Shown: piece after piece, positions 32,401 through 41,345 of the stretch
How the letters are laid out: each line of letters opens with the position of its first letter
Numbering within the stretch: the first letter of the stretch is position 1
Notes under the pieces: model-generated
Told to the model about the DNA's origin: nothing
What the model saw: only the letters and a program-made list of their open reading frames with translations
Databases searched by the model: none
Assembly (NCBI GenBank): GCA_000002435.2
Contig: CM018792.1
DNA from: Giardia intestinalis
Lineage: Eukaryota
DNA: 64,000 bases
Direction: 5' to 3' (one strand)
Program-made: the position numbers and the translations under genes

Positions 32401-32543
32401 ATGCGATGCTTTAGTTCTTCGCGAGAAACGTAAAGTATGTCTGGTGGCGTTATCCCACACCTGTTCATGGCCACAATGGACCGCGGGGAAGTCGGCGGAT
32501 CGGTAATCTTATCCGCAGGGTTGATCTGCTTGAAACTAGACAT
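29463..32543 (-). CDS. Large coiled-coil protein (1026 aa) with a Ser/Pro/basic-rich C-terminal tail
   Basis: Extensive heptad-like E/K/R/Q-rich sequence (about 130-520 aa) after a conserved-looking N-terminal domain (ITPPDILYVSREELKHRIAYKNLTDKEFVIYYDNYE). Possibly a cytoskeletal or flagellar component; not identified. Confidence 0.65.
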   Translation of the reverse strand: MSSFKQINPADKITDPPTSPRSIVAMNRCGITPPDILYVSREELKHRIAYKNLTDKEFVIYYDNYEAMRKEALSQAIAEYQLILEQGISKAEAALYPHLRFPNVTSAPSTPRGGLLQTSTHNPDELKAKIIERHIKEVELNLRQRIAKEAQQQLQLEAAQEHRLKAQEIENRMTAKYEDEAIKYILQEQHRLEIFSSFQRQQEECRKRSYAKTIQEMHAHDALLQRRQRYLDDQSVRSKTRSVPREEFLYQLAQERKAEDRARELEFKERQLIREQRSQRAQEKKRQEVERLQQSLRENQLRHTKVFNEYWEDVARSKSVDHALRENRRLAGAKRASTEKLKENAERISETSQRIEVTLKNFGKIYRNKQDAKARKLEEEELRSSRHILETSVNARQRALEDELLKDLRTKRAEMHLRRVQYEKENVLSNKEFKAINSIRALNMTKEKEEELMALSNKLHTQRHILKGSQTIRDDGYLDIPDDLRKLAPPESILKCHYMDEAIDMLKGEESFKRTLRMVPVSESYASVYKSIDTEPRKKKPTKSQHVARHNSISDFSMDTPDSGRPYYQVKNSRPLRSSSNGDGLLVERRSKSLTRPRTASRSGPAALDSSRTDSTPGSSYLGGHHSGAQVASVPLRPGDASRPKKAAKRGSSKSKVSHNSMRSASDSTIETPQWSDSVSSNISSTKKKATRLRSDDANLSVSLPLPALKGPGSGLIEEEKKRNATVRQSKKERPRDSQRNKSKTDTEAAQDSLLRNQSLEIVRQLSQLTKLNKPAISNFPPPDERRELLGKLTGATQEPDYDTENRTQQIYASLSIRANEAGMDPKQFEQDVLPEHTQTRHLFASLGKSSTPNDHMDGDLILTTFSKATPEATQINDDTPKYFAPGSMTLMQESAPPSRNIGDGSTKDYVATLEYPNVKGNDGLRPAELSTYSIVLPPVSAGAGIPRVAQEPQSPQRVVNFGIDVTASDLKISSLEKVPDTSEPAFIDDSLPAEEAATAPNTRESIGYFVSSSANVHGDNTDEEN

Positions 32544-33030
32544 GGTGGGGTATTTTTTTGGCGGATCTTTATAGTTAAATTTGTCTCACTTGTCGTAGAA
32601 ACGTCCGGACAGCACGATACAACGGTCTATCTTGATAGGATTCCCTCGAGAGGCATACCTTATTTACTAGATGATTGCCTATTATGTGGCTATCCAGGTA
32701 TTCGTCTGATAGGCCCCCAACGGCACATCCAGAATGAGAACCGGCGCCAGAGAAAATAGGGGGTTGTCCCTATTTACTTCAGATAGTACACTGTCAAGTC
32801 AAAACATAACCAAACCTTCTAAAGCGTATCTACCGGAGCTAGAGATGGTGTTGACCAATCTTGACACTTTGATCACTGATGGACAGCAGCCTCCTTAAGA
32901 ACAAAAATTAAGAGTGTAGATTTGTTGCTGAATATAAGTCAAAATCGATGATGTAATTTTTAATATAATAAAGACGAGATTGGTTAGGGGCAGCTTAGTG
33001 CACAAGCTAGCCCTTAGTCCCACGGAGCTG

Positions 33031-34317
33031 TTACTCGAAAAGCACTGGAGGGGCAGTGAGAAGTCTCGCTGTTCCTATGTTTTCTGGGGTGGCACTGAGC
33101 TGCCCTGTGGATTCCTGCAAAACAACTATATGGCGTCCTCGCCGCTGGTTAATGACGTTGGTGGCGGGAGGTTTCGCGTTATTGCGTATCTGAGGGAGCA
33201 TTGGCTCGCGATAGTAGTTATCCTTCGTAAAGGAGGAGTACATAGGAGCGTAGTCTTCAGGCGTCTCCGTAATCTTAACAGACTCTAAAAAGCTCTTCTG
33301 GCTAAGCTCCTGTGCCCGCATTTTAGAGAAAACACTGTGTATTGGTCGGTACACCTCTGGGCGTCTACTCTCTGGAAAGGGCTCGCGTACAATAGATGGA
33401 AGCAGCTTGCTGTCACTCTTGGCACGCCGTTCCTTCCGTGCGAGAGACTCTATGCTACCAGGAGGCTGGTCTGCAAGCTGGAAAGGCACCGGAATCAAAA
33501 CGTCACCCTCGCTAGAAGCTTGGCACAAAGGTGCGCGAGCCAGGGCCTCCCTGTAGTTCTCATAGAGTAGTCGCGTTTTGGAATTCTTAAGCACCTCTTC
33601 ATACAGTCTGCCACGATCATGGTAAGGCTTCCAGGTTGTGTCTTGTGGATTGATGAAGGGGACCTCGGAGGCATTATCAAGCTCCCATGGTGGTCTGTCC
33701 AGATCCTTCTGCACAGTAAATTTGTGATCGCATGCTTGCTTTGTCTCCTCTATAAGCTCGCGACGACGAGCAAGCATCAATGCCCGTTGAGTCATAGGCT
33801 CTCGGCCCTCAGAGCTACTGAGATTGGCTTGTGCGATAATCCTATCCTGATATTGAGTGTATTTCTGATGGCGCTGCTTGAAGTACTTTGAGGTCTCCGC
33901 GATGGTCTTGTCGGCTTCAACTTGATAGCGTTTGGCGCGCTGCTCCTTTAATTCAGTGAGTGTCTTAACAGGCGGTTGATCAGTAGAATCTGGCAAAAGG
34001 AAATCGTGGCTCTTAACTGTGGTGTCCACCTGTATCTTAGAATCATCAAGTGCAGGGTCCCGAACAATCACCCCGGCCCTCGGAACCTTGTGGGCCTGCT
34101 CAATCAGCTTCTCCTCTTTATAAGAAGGATAAATACCGTAGTACTCTGGCGCTGGCCGGCGAGAAAAGGCTCCTAATGCCTTCCGCTCTTCTTGCGCATA
34201 AGTCACACCTTGCTCTATTTCACCTTTTGTCAGCACTATCCGATCAGATAGGTCGTTGCAGGGGGCCTCTAGCTCAGCATTGTAATCGGATCTGGTCAAG
34301 TAAGCGGACTGATGCAT
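33031..34317 (-). CDS. Hypothetical protein (428 aa)
   Basis: Clean ORF divergent from the thymidylate kinase gene with a 200-bp spacer. No recognisable domain. Confidence 0.55.
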   Translation of the reverse strand: MHQSAYLTRSDYNAELEAPCNDLSDRIVLTKGEIEQGVTYAQEERKALGAFSRRPAPEYYGIYPSYKEEKLIEQAHKVPRAGVIVRDPALDDSKIQVDTTVKSHDFLLPDSTDQPPVKTLTELKEQRAKRYQVEADKTIAETSKYFKQRHQKYTQYQDRIIAQANLSSSEGREPMTQRALMLARRRELIEETKQACDHKFTVQKDLDRPPWELDNASEVPFINPQDTTWKPYHDRGRLYEEVLKNSKTRLLYENYREALARAPLCQASSEGDVLIPVPFQLADQPPGSIESLARKERRAKSDSKLLPSIVREPFPESRRPEVYRPIHSVFSKMRAQELSQKSFLESVKITETPEDYAPMYSSFTKDNYYREPMLPQIRNNAKPPATNVINQRRGRHIVVLQESTGQLSATPENIGTARLLTAPPVLFE

Positions 34318-34518
34318 TTATATGAAGGTAATTTTTGTCCTAAAATCTTCATGGGGAATTCGGCGTCCATCGCTGGAACGCCGTAGTTCTGCAGAGAGTT
34401 CTAGATGTTAGCCAAAAGATGGGGATCTATAATATCTACAAGTAAAATTTACGCACTACCGTGAATTTGCAGACCAAAATAATCTCACCCTCGTGCAAGC
34501 ACCAGAACTAGATACGGT

Positions 34519-35283
34519 ATGAGCACGCACAGAAGCACCAATTGTCAGCCCAGCAATTTGCAAGGTTCTGAATATCCAGAGGGAAGAAGGAAAGGAGACA
34601 ATGTCACCCGTGGTCTTTTTGTCGTCATAGAAGGTCTTGATAGAGCTGGAAAGGACACAATGATTGGGCAAGTAGTAGCTCTACTAAGGCAGGCCGGGGA
34701 GTCTGTCGTGGTACAAGCGTTCCCAGACCGCACAACCAAATCCGGTGCCGTCTTGGACCGCTTTTTGCAACGAGAGCTCGATCTCAGTGACTGGGACTGT
34801 CACAGGCTATACGCTGAAAACAGAAAAGAACTCGAAGAAGTGCTATGCAATACATTGCTGGCTGGAACAACGGTAATCTGCAGTCGTTATGCCTATAGCG
34901 GTGTAGCATACACGGCTGCTAAGGGGCATGATATGCGTAGATGTATGGAGGCAGACAAAGGCCTTCTACGACCAGATTTAGTAATCTTTCTTGACGTCGA
35001 TGCAAGTGCCGTTGCAGTGCGAACTGGCTTTGGAAAGGAACGTTACGAAACACAGGACTTCCAAGTAAAGGTCTATACTGCTTTCCAAACACTTTGGGAG
35101 CTTCTTCGCAATTCTCAAAATGGGTCCCAGGATGAGGAAGATCGTACTACTTTGCTCACCATCCGTCCCGAAGACATCTCCGAGGCTCCCAAGCAGATCC
35201 TACAGGCCATTCTTGAGCGTAAGAAGAGGGTCCGGCACACCCTATGCAGAGACTTATTTCATTTAGAATTGAATTTGTGTTAG
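34519..35283 (+). CDS. TMPK: Thymidylate kinase (dTMP kinase)
   Basis: P-loop LFVVIEGLDRAGKDT, and CSRYAYSGVAYTAAKG...LLRPDLVIFLDV...GFGKERYETQDFQ parallels human DTYMK (IVLEGVDRAGKST...VDRYAFSGVAFTGAK...LPKPDLVLFL...AFGHERYEN). Confidence 0.9.
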   Translation: MSTHRSTNCQPSNLQGSEYPEGRRKGDNVTRGLFVVIEGLDRAGKDTMIGQVVALLRQAGESVVVQAFPDRTTKSGAVLDRFLQRELDLSDWDCHRLYAENRKELEEVLCNTLLAGTTVICSRYAYSGVAYTAAKGHDMRRCMEADKGLLRPDLVIFLDVDASAVAVRTGFGKERYETQDFQVKVYTAFQTLWELLRNSQNGSQDEEDRTTLLTIRPEDISEAPKQILQAILERKKRVRHTLCRDLFHLELNLC

Positions 35284-35305
35284 AATAAAATACTCCCTAC
35301 GACAT

Positions 35306-38002
35306 ATGCCCCACTTTACGACGGAGCAGATCCGCGAATGCATGGATCACCAGGACCGCATCCGCAACATGTCGGTCATTGCTCATGTCGATCACGGAAA
35401 GTCGACACTGACAGACTCTCTCATCGCACACGCCGGAATCATCTCCATGGGCTCAGCAGGGAACACGCGTTTCACAGATACACGCCAGGATGAGAAGGAC
35501 CGCTGCATCACAATCAAGTCTACAGGCGTCTCCCTCTACTATGAGTGGACGGATGAGAACAAGGTTGTGATGGAGGAAGCCGCGAAGAAGGCCGCAGAGA
35601 AGGTGGCCAAGGCGGGAGAGAATGTCGAGGATGTCAAGGCAGACAAGAAGGATAAGAAGAAGGATGAGGAAGACGCGATTGCCACCGCAGAATCCGGCGG
35701 TTATCTGATCAACCTCATCGACTCTCCGGGGCATGTAGACTTCTCGTCTGAGGTCACGGCCGCCCTCCGTGTCACGGACGGCGCGCTGGTCGTTGTAGAC
35801 TGTGCCGAGGGTGTTTGCGTCCAGACGGAAACTGTTCTGAGACAGGCCTTGTCCGAGCGTGTCATCCCGTGCCTCATGCTCAACAAAGTCGACCGTGTCA
35901 TCATGGAGCTCAAGCTTTCCGGCGAGGATGCCTTCCTCATGTTCGAGAAGACCATCGGCGAGGTCAATCAGCTCATAGCTACATATCAGGACAAGACCCT
36001 CTTCAATGAGAAGAAGTACAAGAAGATCTTCGGCAACCGTACAGATCTGTGTGTTGATCCGTCGCGCGGAAACGTCGCCTTCGGGTCCGGGCTTCACGGT
36101 TGGGGCTTCACAGTCACACACTTTGCGCGAATCTACACGAAGAAGTTCGGTGGCGAGCTCTCGACATGGATGAAGAATCTCTGGGGAAATCGCTTCCTCA
36201 ACGAGAAGACGGGCAAGTGGACCGGCAAGAGCCAGGGCGACAATGGTGAGAAGAACCAGCGAGGCTTCGCCATTTATGTCATGGACCCAATCCTCCAGCT
36301 ATTCGATGCCGTCATGACTGAGCAGAAGAAGAAGTATACTAAGATGCTCAAGCAGCTCAACGTCACGCTCACACCCGATGAGGAGGACATGACTGGCAAG
36401 CGCCTCCTCAAGGCCGTCATGCAGAAGTTCCTCCCTGCTGCGGACGCGCTCCTTGAGATGATCATCGTTCACCTTCCATCTCCGAAGAAGGCTCAGCAGT
36501 ACCGTGTTGACACGCTCTACACCGGCCCTCTGGACGACCCTGCTGCTGAAGCCATCAGGAACTGTGATCCTAACGGCCCGCTCATGCTTTACGTATCGAA
36601 GATGGTTCCAACCGTGGACAAGTCCCGTTTCTTCGCTTTCGGTCGTGTCTTCTCGGGTGTGGTCCAGACAGGCCAGAAGGTCCACATCATGGGGCCAGAG
36701 TACCACCCTGGTACGAGTAAGAAGGATGAGCTTTTCATCAAGAACATCCAGAGGACCATCCTTATGATGGGCTCCAGGATTGAGCAGATTGACGACGTTC
36801 CTTGCGGCAACACGGTTGGGCTGGTCGGCATAGATCAGTATCTCGTCAAGTCCGGAACCATCTCCACCTATGAGCAAGCCCACTCGATCAAGCCGATGAA
36901 GTTCTCTGTTTCCCCCGTCGTCCGCGTGGCTGTTGAACCCGCAAACCCGAAGGATCTCCCTAAGCTTCTCGAAGGCATGAAGCGTCTCGACAAGTCCGAC
37001 CCGTGCGTCATGTGCATCTGTGACAAGGATGAGAACCAGAACATCATCGCGGGTGCAGGTGAGCTGCATCTTGAGATCTGCCTCAAGGACCTCAGGGAGG
37101 ACTTCTGCGGCGGGATGGACATCCGCGTCTCGGATCCAGTTGTCTCGTATCGCGAGACTGTCACGGAGAAGTCGACGAAAGTCGTCATGGCAAAGAGTGC
37201 GAACAAGCACAACAGGCTCTACTTTGAGGCCGAGCCCATCTCCGAAGAGGTCATTGAGGCCATCAAGGACGGCGAGATTACGAGCGAGCAGGATTCGAAG
37301 GTGCGTGCGCGTATTCTGACGGACAAGTACGGCTGGGATTCCGACGAGGCGAAGCAGATCTGGTCCTTTGGCCCCGTGGGCGCCAGCTCCGGCCACATGA
37401 CCAACCTCATCCTCGAAGCCACAAAGGGTGTCCAGTACGTCAAGGAGTCCAAGGAGCACATCGTCTCTGGGTTCCAGATCGTCTGCAGGAACGGCGTTCT
37501 CGCCGGCGAGGAGCTTGTCGGAACCTGCTTCAAGCTCCGTGACGCCACGTTCCACGCGGACGCCATCCATCGTGGCGCGGGCCAGCTCACACCAGCGACG
37601 CGCAGAGGTCTCTATGCTGCCTGCCTCTACGCCAGCCCGATGCTCATGGAGCCGTTCTACCTTGTTGACATCCTCGCTCCTGAGGGCTGCATGGGCGGCA
37701 TCTACTCCACGATGAGCAAGCGCCGTGGGGTGGTCATCTCTGAAGAGCCTCGTGAGGGCCAGCCGCTTACAGAGGTCAAGGCGCACCTACCTGTCGCAGA
37801 GTCCTTTGGCTTCGACGCAGACCTTCGTGCTGCGACGTCCGGCCAGGCGTTCCCTCAGTGTGTCTTCTCGCACTACGCCCTCATCCCGTCGTCTCCCCTG
37901 CAGACGGGCAGCCAGGCGCAAGGCATCATGCTCTCCATCCGTAAGCGCAAGGGCATGAAGGAGGTTGTTCCAGACGTTTCCGAGTATGAGGACAAGCTTT
38001 GA
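35306..38002 (+). CDS. EF2: Elongation factor 2 (EF-2)
   Basis: N-terminus IRNMSVIAHVDHGKSTLTDSLIAHAGII, and the G-domain, domain IV and C-terminal motifs typical of eEF2 (898 aa). Its start is 22 bp after the thymidylate kinase stop. AGTAAAT overlaps its stop. Confidence 0.97.
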   Translation: MPHFTTEQIRECMDHQDRIRNMSVIAHVDHGKSTLTDSLIAHAGIISMGSAGNTRFTDTRQDEKDRCITIKSTGVSLYYEWTDENKVVMEEAAKKAAEKVAKAGENVEDVKADKKDKKKDEEDAIATAESGGYLINLIDSPGHVDFSSEVTAALRVTDGALVVVDCAEGVCVQTETVLRQALSERVIPCLMLNKVDRVIMELKLSGEDAFLMFEKTIGEVNQLIATYQDKTLFNEKKYKKIFGNRTDLCVDPSRGNVAFGSGLHGWGFTVTHFARIYTKKFGGELSTWMKNLWGNRFLNEKTGKWTGKSQGDNGEKNQRGFAIYVMDPILQLFDAVMTEQKKKYTKMLKQLNVTLTPDEEDMTGKRLLKAVMQKFLPAADALLEMIIVHLPSPKKAQQYRVDTLYTGPLDDPAAEAIRNCDPNGPLMLYVSKMVPTVDKSRFFAFGRVFSGVVQTGQKVHIMGPEYHPGTSKKDELFIKNIQRTILMMGSRIEQIDDVPCGNTVGLVGIDQYLVKSGTISTYEQAHSIKPMKFSVSPVVRVAVEPANPKDLPKLLEGMKRLDKSDPCVMCICDKDENQNIIAGAGELHLEICLKDLREDFCGGMDIRVSDPVVSYRETVTEKSTKVVMAKSANKHNRLYFEAEPISEEVIEAIKDGEITSEQDSKVRARILTDKYGWDSDEAKQIWSFGPVGASSGHMTNLILEATKGVQYVKESKEHIVSGFQIVCRNGVLAGEELVGTCFKLRDATFHADAIHRGAGQLTPATRRGLYAACLYASPMLMEPFYLVDILAPEGCMGGIYSTMSKRRGVVISEEPREGQPLTEVKAHLPVAESFGFDADLRAATSGQAFPQCVFSHYALIPSSPLQTGSQAQGIMLSIRKRKGMKEVVPDVSEYEDKL

Positions 38003-38012
38003 GTAAATATAA

Positions 38013-38237
38013 ATGGACGAAAAGGTCCGGGTAAGCTATGAGGCCCAGCTGGTGGAGGCGCGTGCGACCGTCCGGGAGGTTAGTCGCCGGGAAGACGAGG
38101 TGGCGGCTGCTGTTAAGATCATTTCTGACCTAAACGCTACTCTGAGCGCCATCGCTGCTCGTCAGGATGAGATACTTAAAGAGATGAGTGCGGTATACGC
38201 CGGGACATCAGCTCTTCTAAATAAGAGAGACGGGTGA
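38013..38237 (+). CDS. Small ORF (74 aa), a predicted helical protein. The evidence is weak.
   Basis: Starts 10 bp after the EF-2 stop with an AT-rich context (gtaaatataaATG). It is predicted helical, and Giardia does encode many small proteins. No homology evidence. Confidence 0.3.
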   Translation: MDEKVRVSYEAQLVEARATVREVSRREDEVAAAVKIISDLNATLSAIAARQDEILKEMSAVYAGTSALLNKRDG

Positions 38238-38258
38238 CTCGTAGGTAGGCTGCGGTAA

Positions 38259-39914
38259 ATGAAAATGTCGGTATTGTTTGTTGGTGGGACTGCAGAGCAA
38301 TGCATAGCAGCGGCGATTCTTCAGCAGCGAGGGATCAAGTGCAGCGTTGTTGGGGCATGCCACGAATTGGGCGCCCCTTGGATAGGAGTTCCTATCAGTG
38401 TTCTTTGTGGCTGCAGCGGTACAGAGACCAGTGCTTCCGATGCTCTCCCCGCTGGCCTCTCTGTTGTCTTCGCTGAGCTTTCGTGGACCGAAGCCGAACA
38501 GAATATGCTGGCGCCACTGAGCTATGAATGCATGACAGAAGTACTGCCCTTGAACTCTTCTTTGATCCTGATGTCAAGTGTAGCTAACATGAGCGAGTAC
38601 TACCGCTTTATCTTTCTGGAAGAGCCTCTCTCATTGTGCAATGGTCAGGTTTTGCACGCTGCCAATTCAATAGCCTCCTTGATGAGGTCCGAGACATACA
38701 CAATCACTCAACGGCGAAATATTATTCGCTTTCTGAAGGCGATGGAACAGTATATTAAGGCTTTTCACTTATCGTATATTGAATTCACAGATCGAGAGGA
38801 CGCAGATGTTAACTATTTGGCGATGCCTAATGAAGTAACTATTCTCAAGCAATTTGAAGAAGATAACGTGCAAATTTTGGCTGTAGGTGAGTATTTTAAG
38901 GTTCCCCAGATCTTCTTTTCACAGCTTCTCTGTGTTGCCATGGAGTCGCTGGCCAATCTGACATTTACCGACCTACTGAAAGGAGTAGTATGCTTGTATC
39001 AATCACTCAGTGGCCATCGCTCTCGATGTGTATTAGAATATGGATTCTCAGATATACCCCAATCATTTGTTAGAGTTCTCTTCTGTCACGGAGGATTGGG
39101 AATTTCCAGATGCTCAGCTAAGGTGTATCCCAATGGGATCCAGATTACACCAATAACGGGGGATGCTATTGAGGTATCCCCAACTGTGATATATATCGCT
39201 GACACCTCTCTCACCATGCCTGTGATTCAAGTAGTCTTCATTTTGCGAGACATTGATGGCACATTCGCTTCCTATTTTTGTACTCACATTGCTCCAACGG
39301 GATCAGAGAACTCTGCTGCAAGCAACGGTCACATGCCCGTTAACTTCAGTTGCCTTCTTTCTAGTCATATTGCAGTTGTTCGTGTCGGGGAAGGGTGCCA
39401 TTTAAGACGTGGATTTCTCTCCATTACCGTCTGCTGTCCATGTAAAGTGGAAAGCGATGAGTCAATAGCAGTCATTGTTCGCAACATACAAAAGTCAGTT
39501 CGCACAGAGATGCCCCAATTCATGGGCATCGAAATCCAACAGTTCCAGGCTGCCGAGTGCGCAGTGTTTGCAACCTACTACAACCAGGATAAGTACATTC
39601 TCCAGTCGAGTCTGTTTACAGATGGCCAAATCCAGGATCTAAAAGAGCGGTACACAGTTAAGTGTCACTCAGAGCTATTCACAAACGGACCATCCGCGTG
39701 CTCCGTGTCGACAACCTTAACAGGGGCGACTATTCTAATTAAGGACGTGCTAGGTGACGCTGTTGGAGAGGTCCTGAACTGGGTCACAGACTTGAGAAGG
39801 ACTGCTAGGGTAGATGCATGCAAGAGACTATTCAATAGGTCGAAGAACGATGGGGGTAAAATACACCCTGATGATGCTGGGCAAGATTCTAACGAATTTA
39901 TGAACGACAGCTAG
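38259..39914 (+). CDS. Hypothetical protein (551 aa). The N-terminus resembles a dinucleotide-binding fold; a GDI/REP-like identity is possible but unproven.
   Basis: VLFVGGTAEQCIAAAIL resembles the GxGxxE FAD/NAD fold at the start of Rab-GDI (VIVLGTGLTECILSGIM). The rest is not alignable by eye. Confidence 0.55.
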   Translation: MKMSVLFVGGTAEQCIAAAILQQRGIKCSVVGACHELGAPWIGVPISVLCGCSGTETSASDALPAGLSVVFAELSWTEAEQNMLAPLSYECMTEVLPLNSSLILMSSVANMSEYYRFIFLEEPLSLCNGQVLHAANSIASLMRSETYTITQRRNIIRFLKAMEQYIKAFHLSYIEFTDREDADVNYLAMPNEVTILKQFEEDNVQILAVGEYFKVPQIFFSQLLCVAMESLANLTFTDLLKGVVCLYQSLSGHRSRCVLEYGFSDIPQSFVRVLFCHGGLGISRCSAKVYPNGIQITPITGDAIEVSPTVIYIADTSLTMPVIQVVFILRDIDGTFASYFCTHIAPTGSENSAASNGHMPVNFSCLLSSHIAVVRVGEGCHLRRGFLSITVCCPCKVESDESIAVIVRNIQKSVRTEMPQFMGIEIQQFQAAECAVFATYYNQDKYILQSSLFTDGQIQDLKERYTVKCHSELFTNGPSACSVSTTLTGATILIKDVLGDAVGEVLNWVTDLRRTARVDACKRLFNRSKNDGGKIHPDDAGQDSNEFMNDS

Positions 39915-39944
39915 GGATAACAATTAGTTGTGCAGATCCTTCCG

Positions 39945-41324
39945 TTAAGCCTGAGGCGCAGTTTGAGTTGCTTTGGGTGTTGTTATCCCTATGCACGCTA
40001 GAATAAAGGTTAGAAGTATGAGGAACCCCATCACAGAAAGTGTTATTAGGAGCCATAGTTCTATTCGCAGGCCTGCTATCTCCACTATCCGATTTCTGGC
40101 TGCTGAAATGTTCGTTGTATACTGAAGCGATCGATGTGCTGTGCTGCTGTTTACCTTTCTTTCTAACTCATCTATTCGCAGTAAGACCGTCTCGAACGTT
40201 GAGTTTAGCTTCTGCTGAGAAAAGTCATAGACGTTCATGGTGGGCAAAAGAGTATTTGTTTGCATAGTACGACTGGGAAGCAATTGCGAAGAGTACTCAT
40301 CCTTCGGCTGAGAGTCAAAATAGCTTTTCGTGCTCTTTGTTAGTTGAAAGGCACTTGTAGAAGATTGCATCGCCGATTGGGGACGAACTGGTTCGGATAT
40401 TGTTTCGTTGTAGATTAATCCAATTGTGCCTGCAGATGGAAGTGCGCTTGCTTCTATTGTGTCGTACTTGCACCTTTGGTGTGATCCAAGAGAGGATGTG
40501 GCACTGAGATACTTGGCTCTTTCGGGAATGGGAACACTGTTCATGCTAAGATAGATAATAAATGTTAGGATTCCATGTTGTGACGACGTGGGCTCTCCAG
40601 CGCTCATAAGAGCAGATTGGACAACTTTGTGCGGGACGGCCTTCACGCCGCTGCTAATTCGCCCAAACTGGTACACGAGTGAATTGGCACTGTTACTATT
40701 CCTATCTAGAACCCACTGCTGCAAGATGTGTTTTGGCTTCTTCCCGTGTGTACGTGAGTGGACTACTGATAGAAGCTCATAGTCCACTCCAAGATCCAAA
40801 TAGCTAACAGGGACATCACGCAGCTTCTCTCGCGCAGCGTTGTAGAAGATCATGAGGATAGGAGACTCTTTGATACTAAAAGAGGCCTGGTGACATTGCT
40901 TGCATGCGAGGCACTTAGCTGCATCAGCAAAAGAGACGTCTAGGGCGTCTCCAGGAAGAGACAAGAAGAAGCTTAGATGCTCGTATCCACACGCTGTACA
41001 TGAAAGAGTGCACTTGAAAAATCTGTCTACTAAAAGTTTCGGCATTGACAGAAGAATCAGCTCCAAATACTGATTGAAATTGGTCGTAACTCCAATATCT
41101 GGAAGCCCCGCAGACTTTAGTAGTTTAACTATGAGCCCAAGATCCACCTCACCCGTGGGCGCCTCTGACAGAGCATGAACCCAGGCTCTCTGTGCAGGCG
41201 TACTTGTTGCTTCGAGCAAAGGCCAGGACTGCAGGTCATCATCTATAATCTCACTGGCACAAAGAATAGCGCGCACAAACGGAGTAACTAGGCATTCTGG
41301 GTCGTTTGAAAAGAGAACCTGCAT
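39945..41324 (-). CDS. Hypothetical protein (459 aa) with a C-terminal transmembrane anchor
   Basis: Clean ORF with C-terminal hydrophobic helices LWLLITLSVMGFLILLTFILACIGITT. Confidence 0.55.
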   Translation of the reverse strand: MQVLFSNDPECLVTPFVRAILCASEIIDDDLQSWPLLEATSTPAQRAWVHALSEAPTGEVDLGLIVKLLKSAGLPDIGVTTNFNQYLELILLSMPKLLVDRFFKCTLSCTACGYEHLSFFLSLPGDALDVSFADAAKCLACKQCHQASFSIKESPILMIFYNAAREKLRDVPVSYLDLGVDYELLSVVHSRTHGKKPKHILQQWVLDRNSNSANSLVYQFGRISSGVKAVPHKVVQSALMSAGEPTSSQHGILTFIIYLSMNSVPIPERAKYLSATSSLGSHQRCKYDTIEASALPSAGTIGLIYNETISEPVRPQSAMQSSTSAFQLTKSTKSYFDSQPKDEYSSQLLPSRTMQTNTLLPTMNVYDFSQQKLNSTFETVLLRIDELERKVNSSTAHRSLQYTTNISAARNRIVEIAGLRIELWLLITLSVMGFLILLTFILACIGITTPKATQTAPQA

Positions 41325-41345
41325 GGATTTACTTCTTACTTTTTT

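Noticed and set aside
36299-37786. 495-aa minus-strand ORF, and also 35453..36121-, inside EF-2
   Set aside because: Antisense to an unmistakable EF-2 gene. Asp/Leu/Arg-rich with no motifs.
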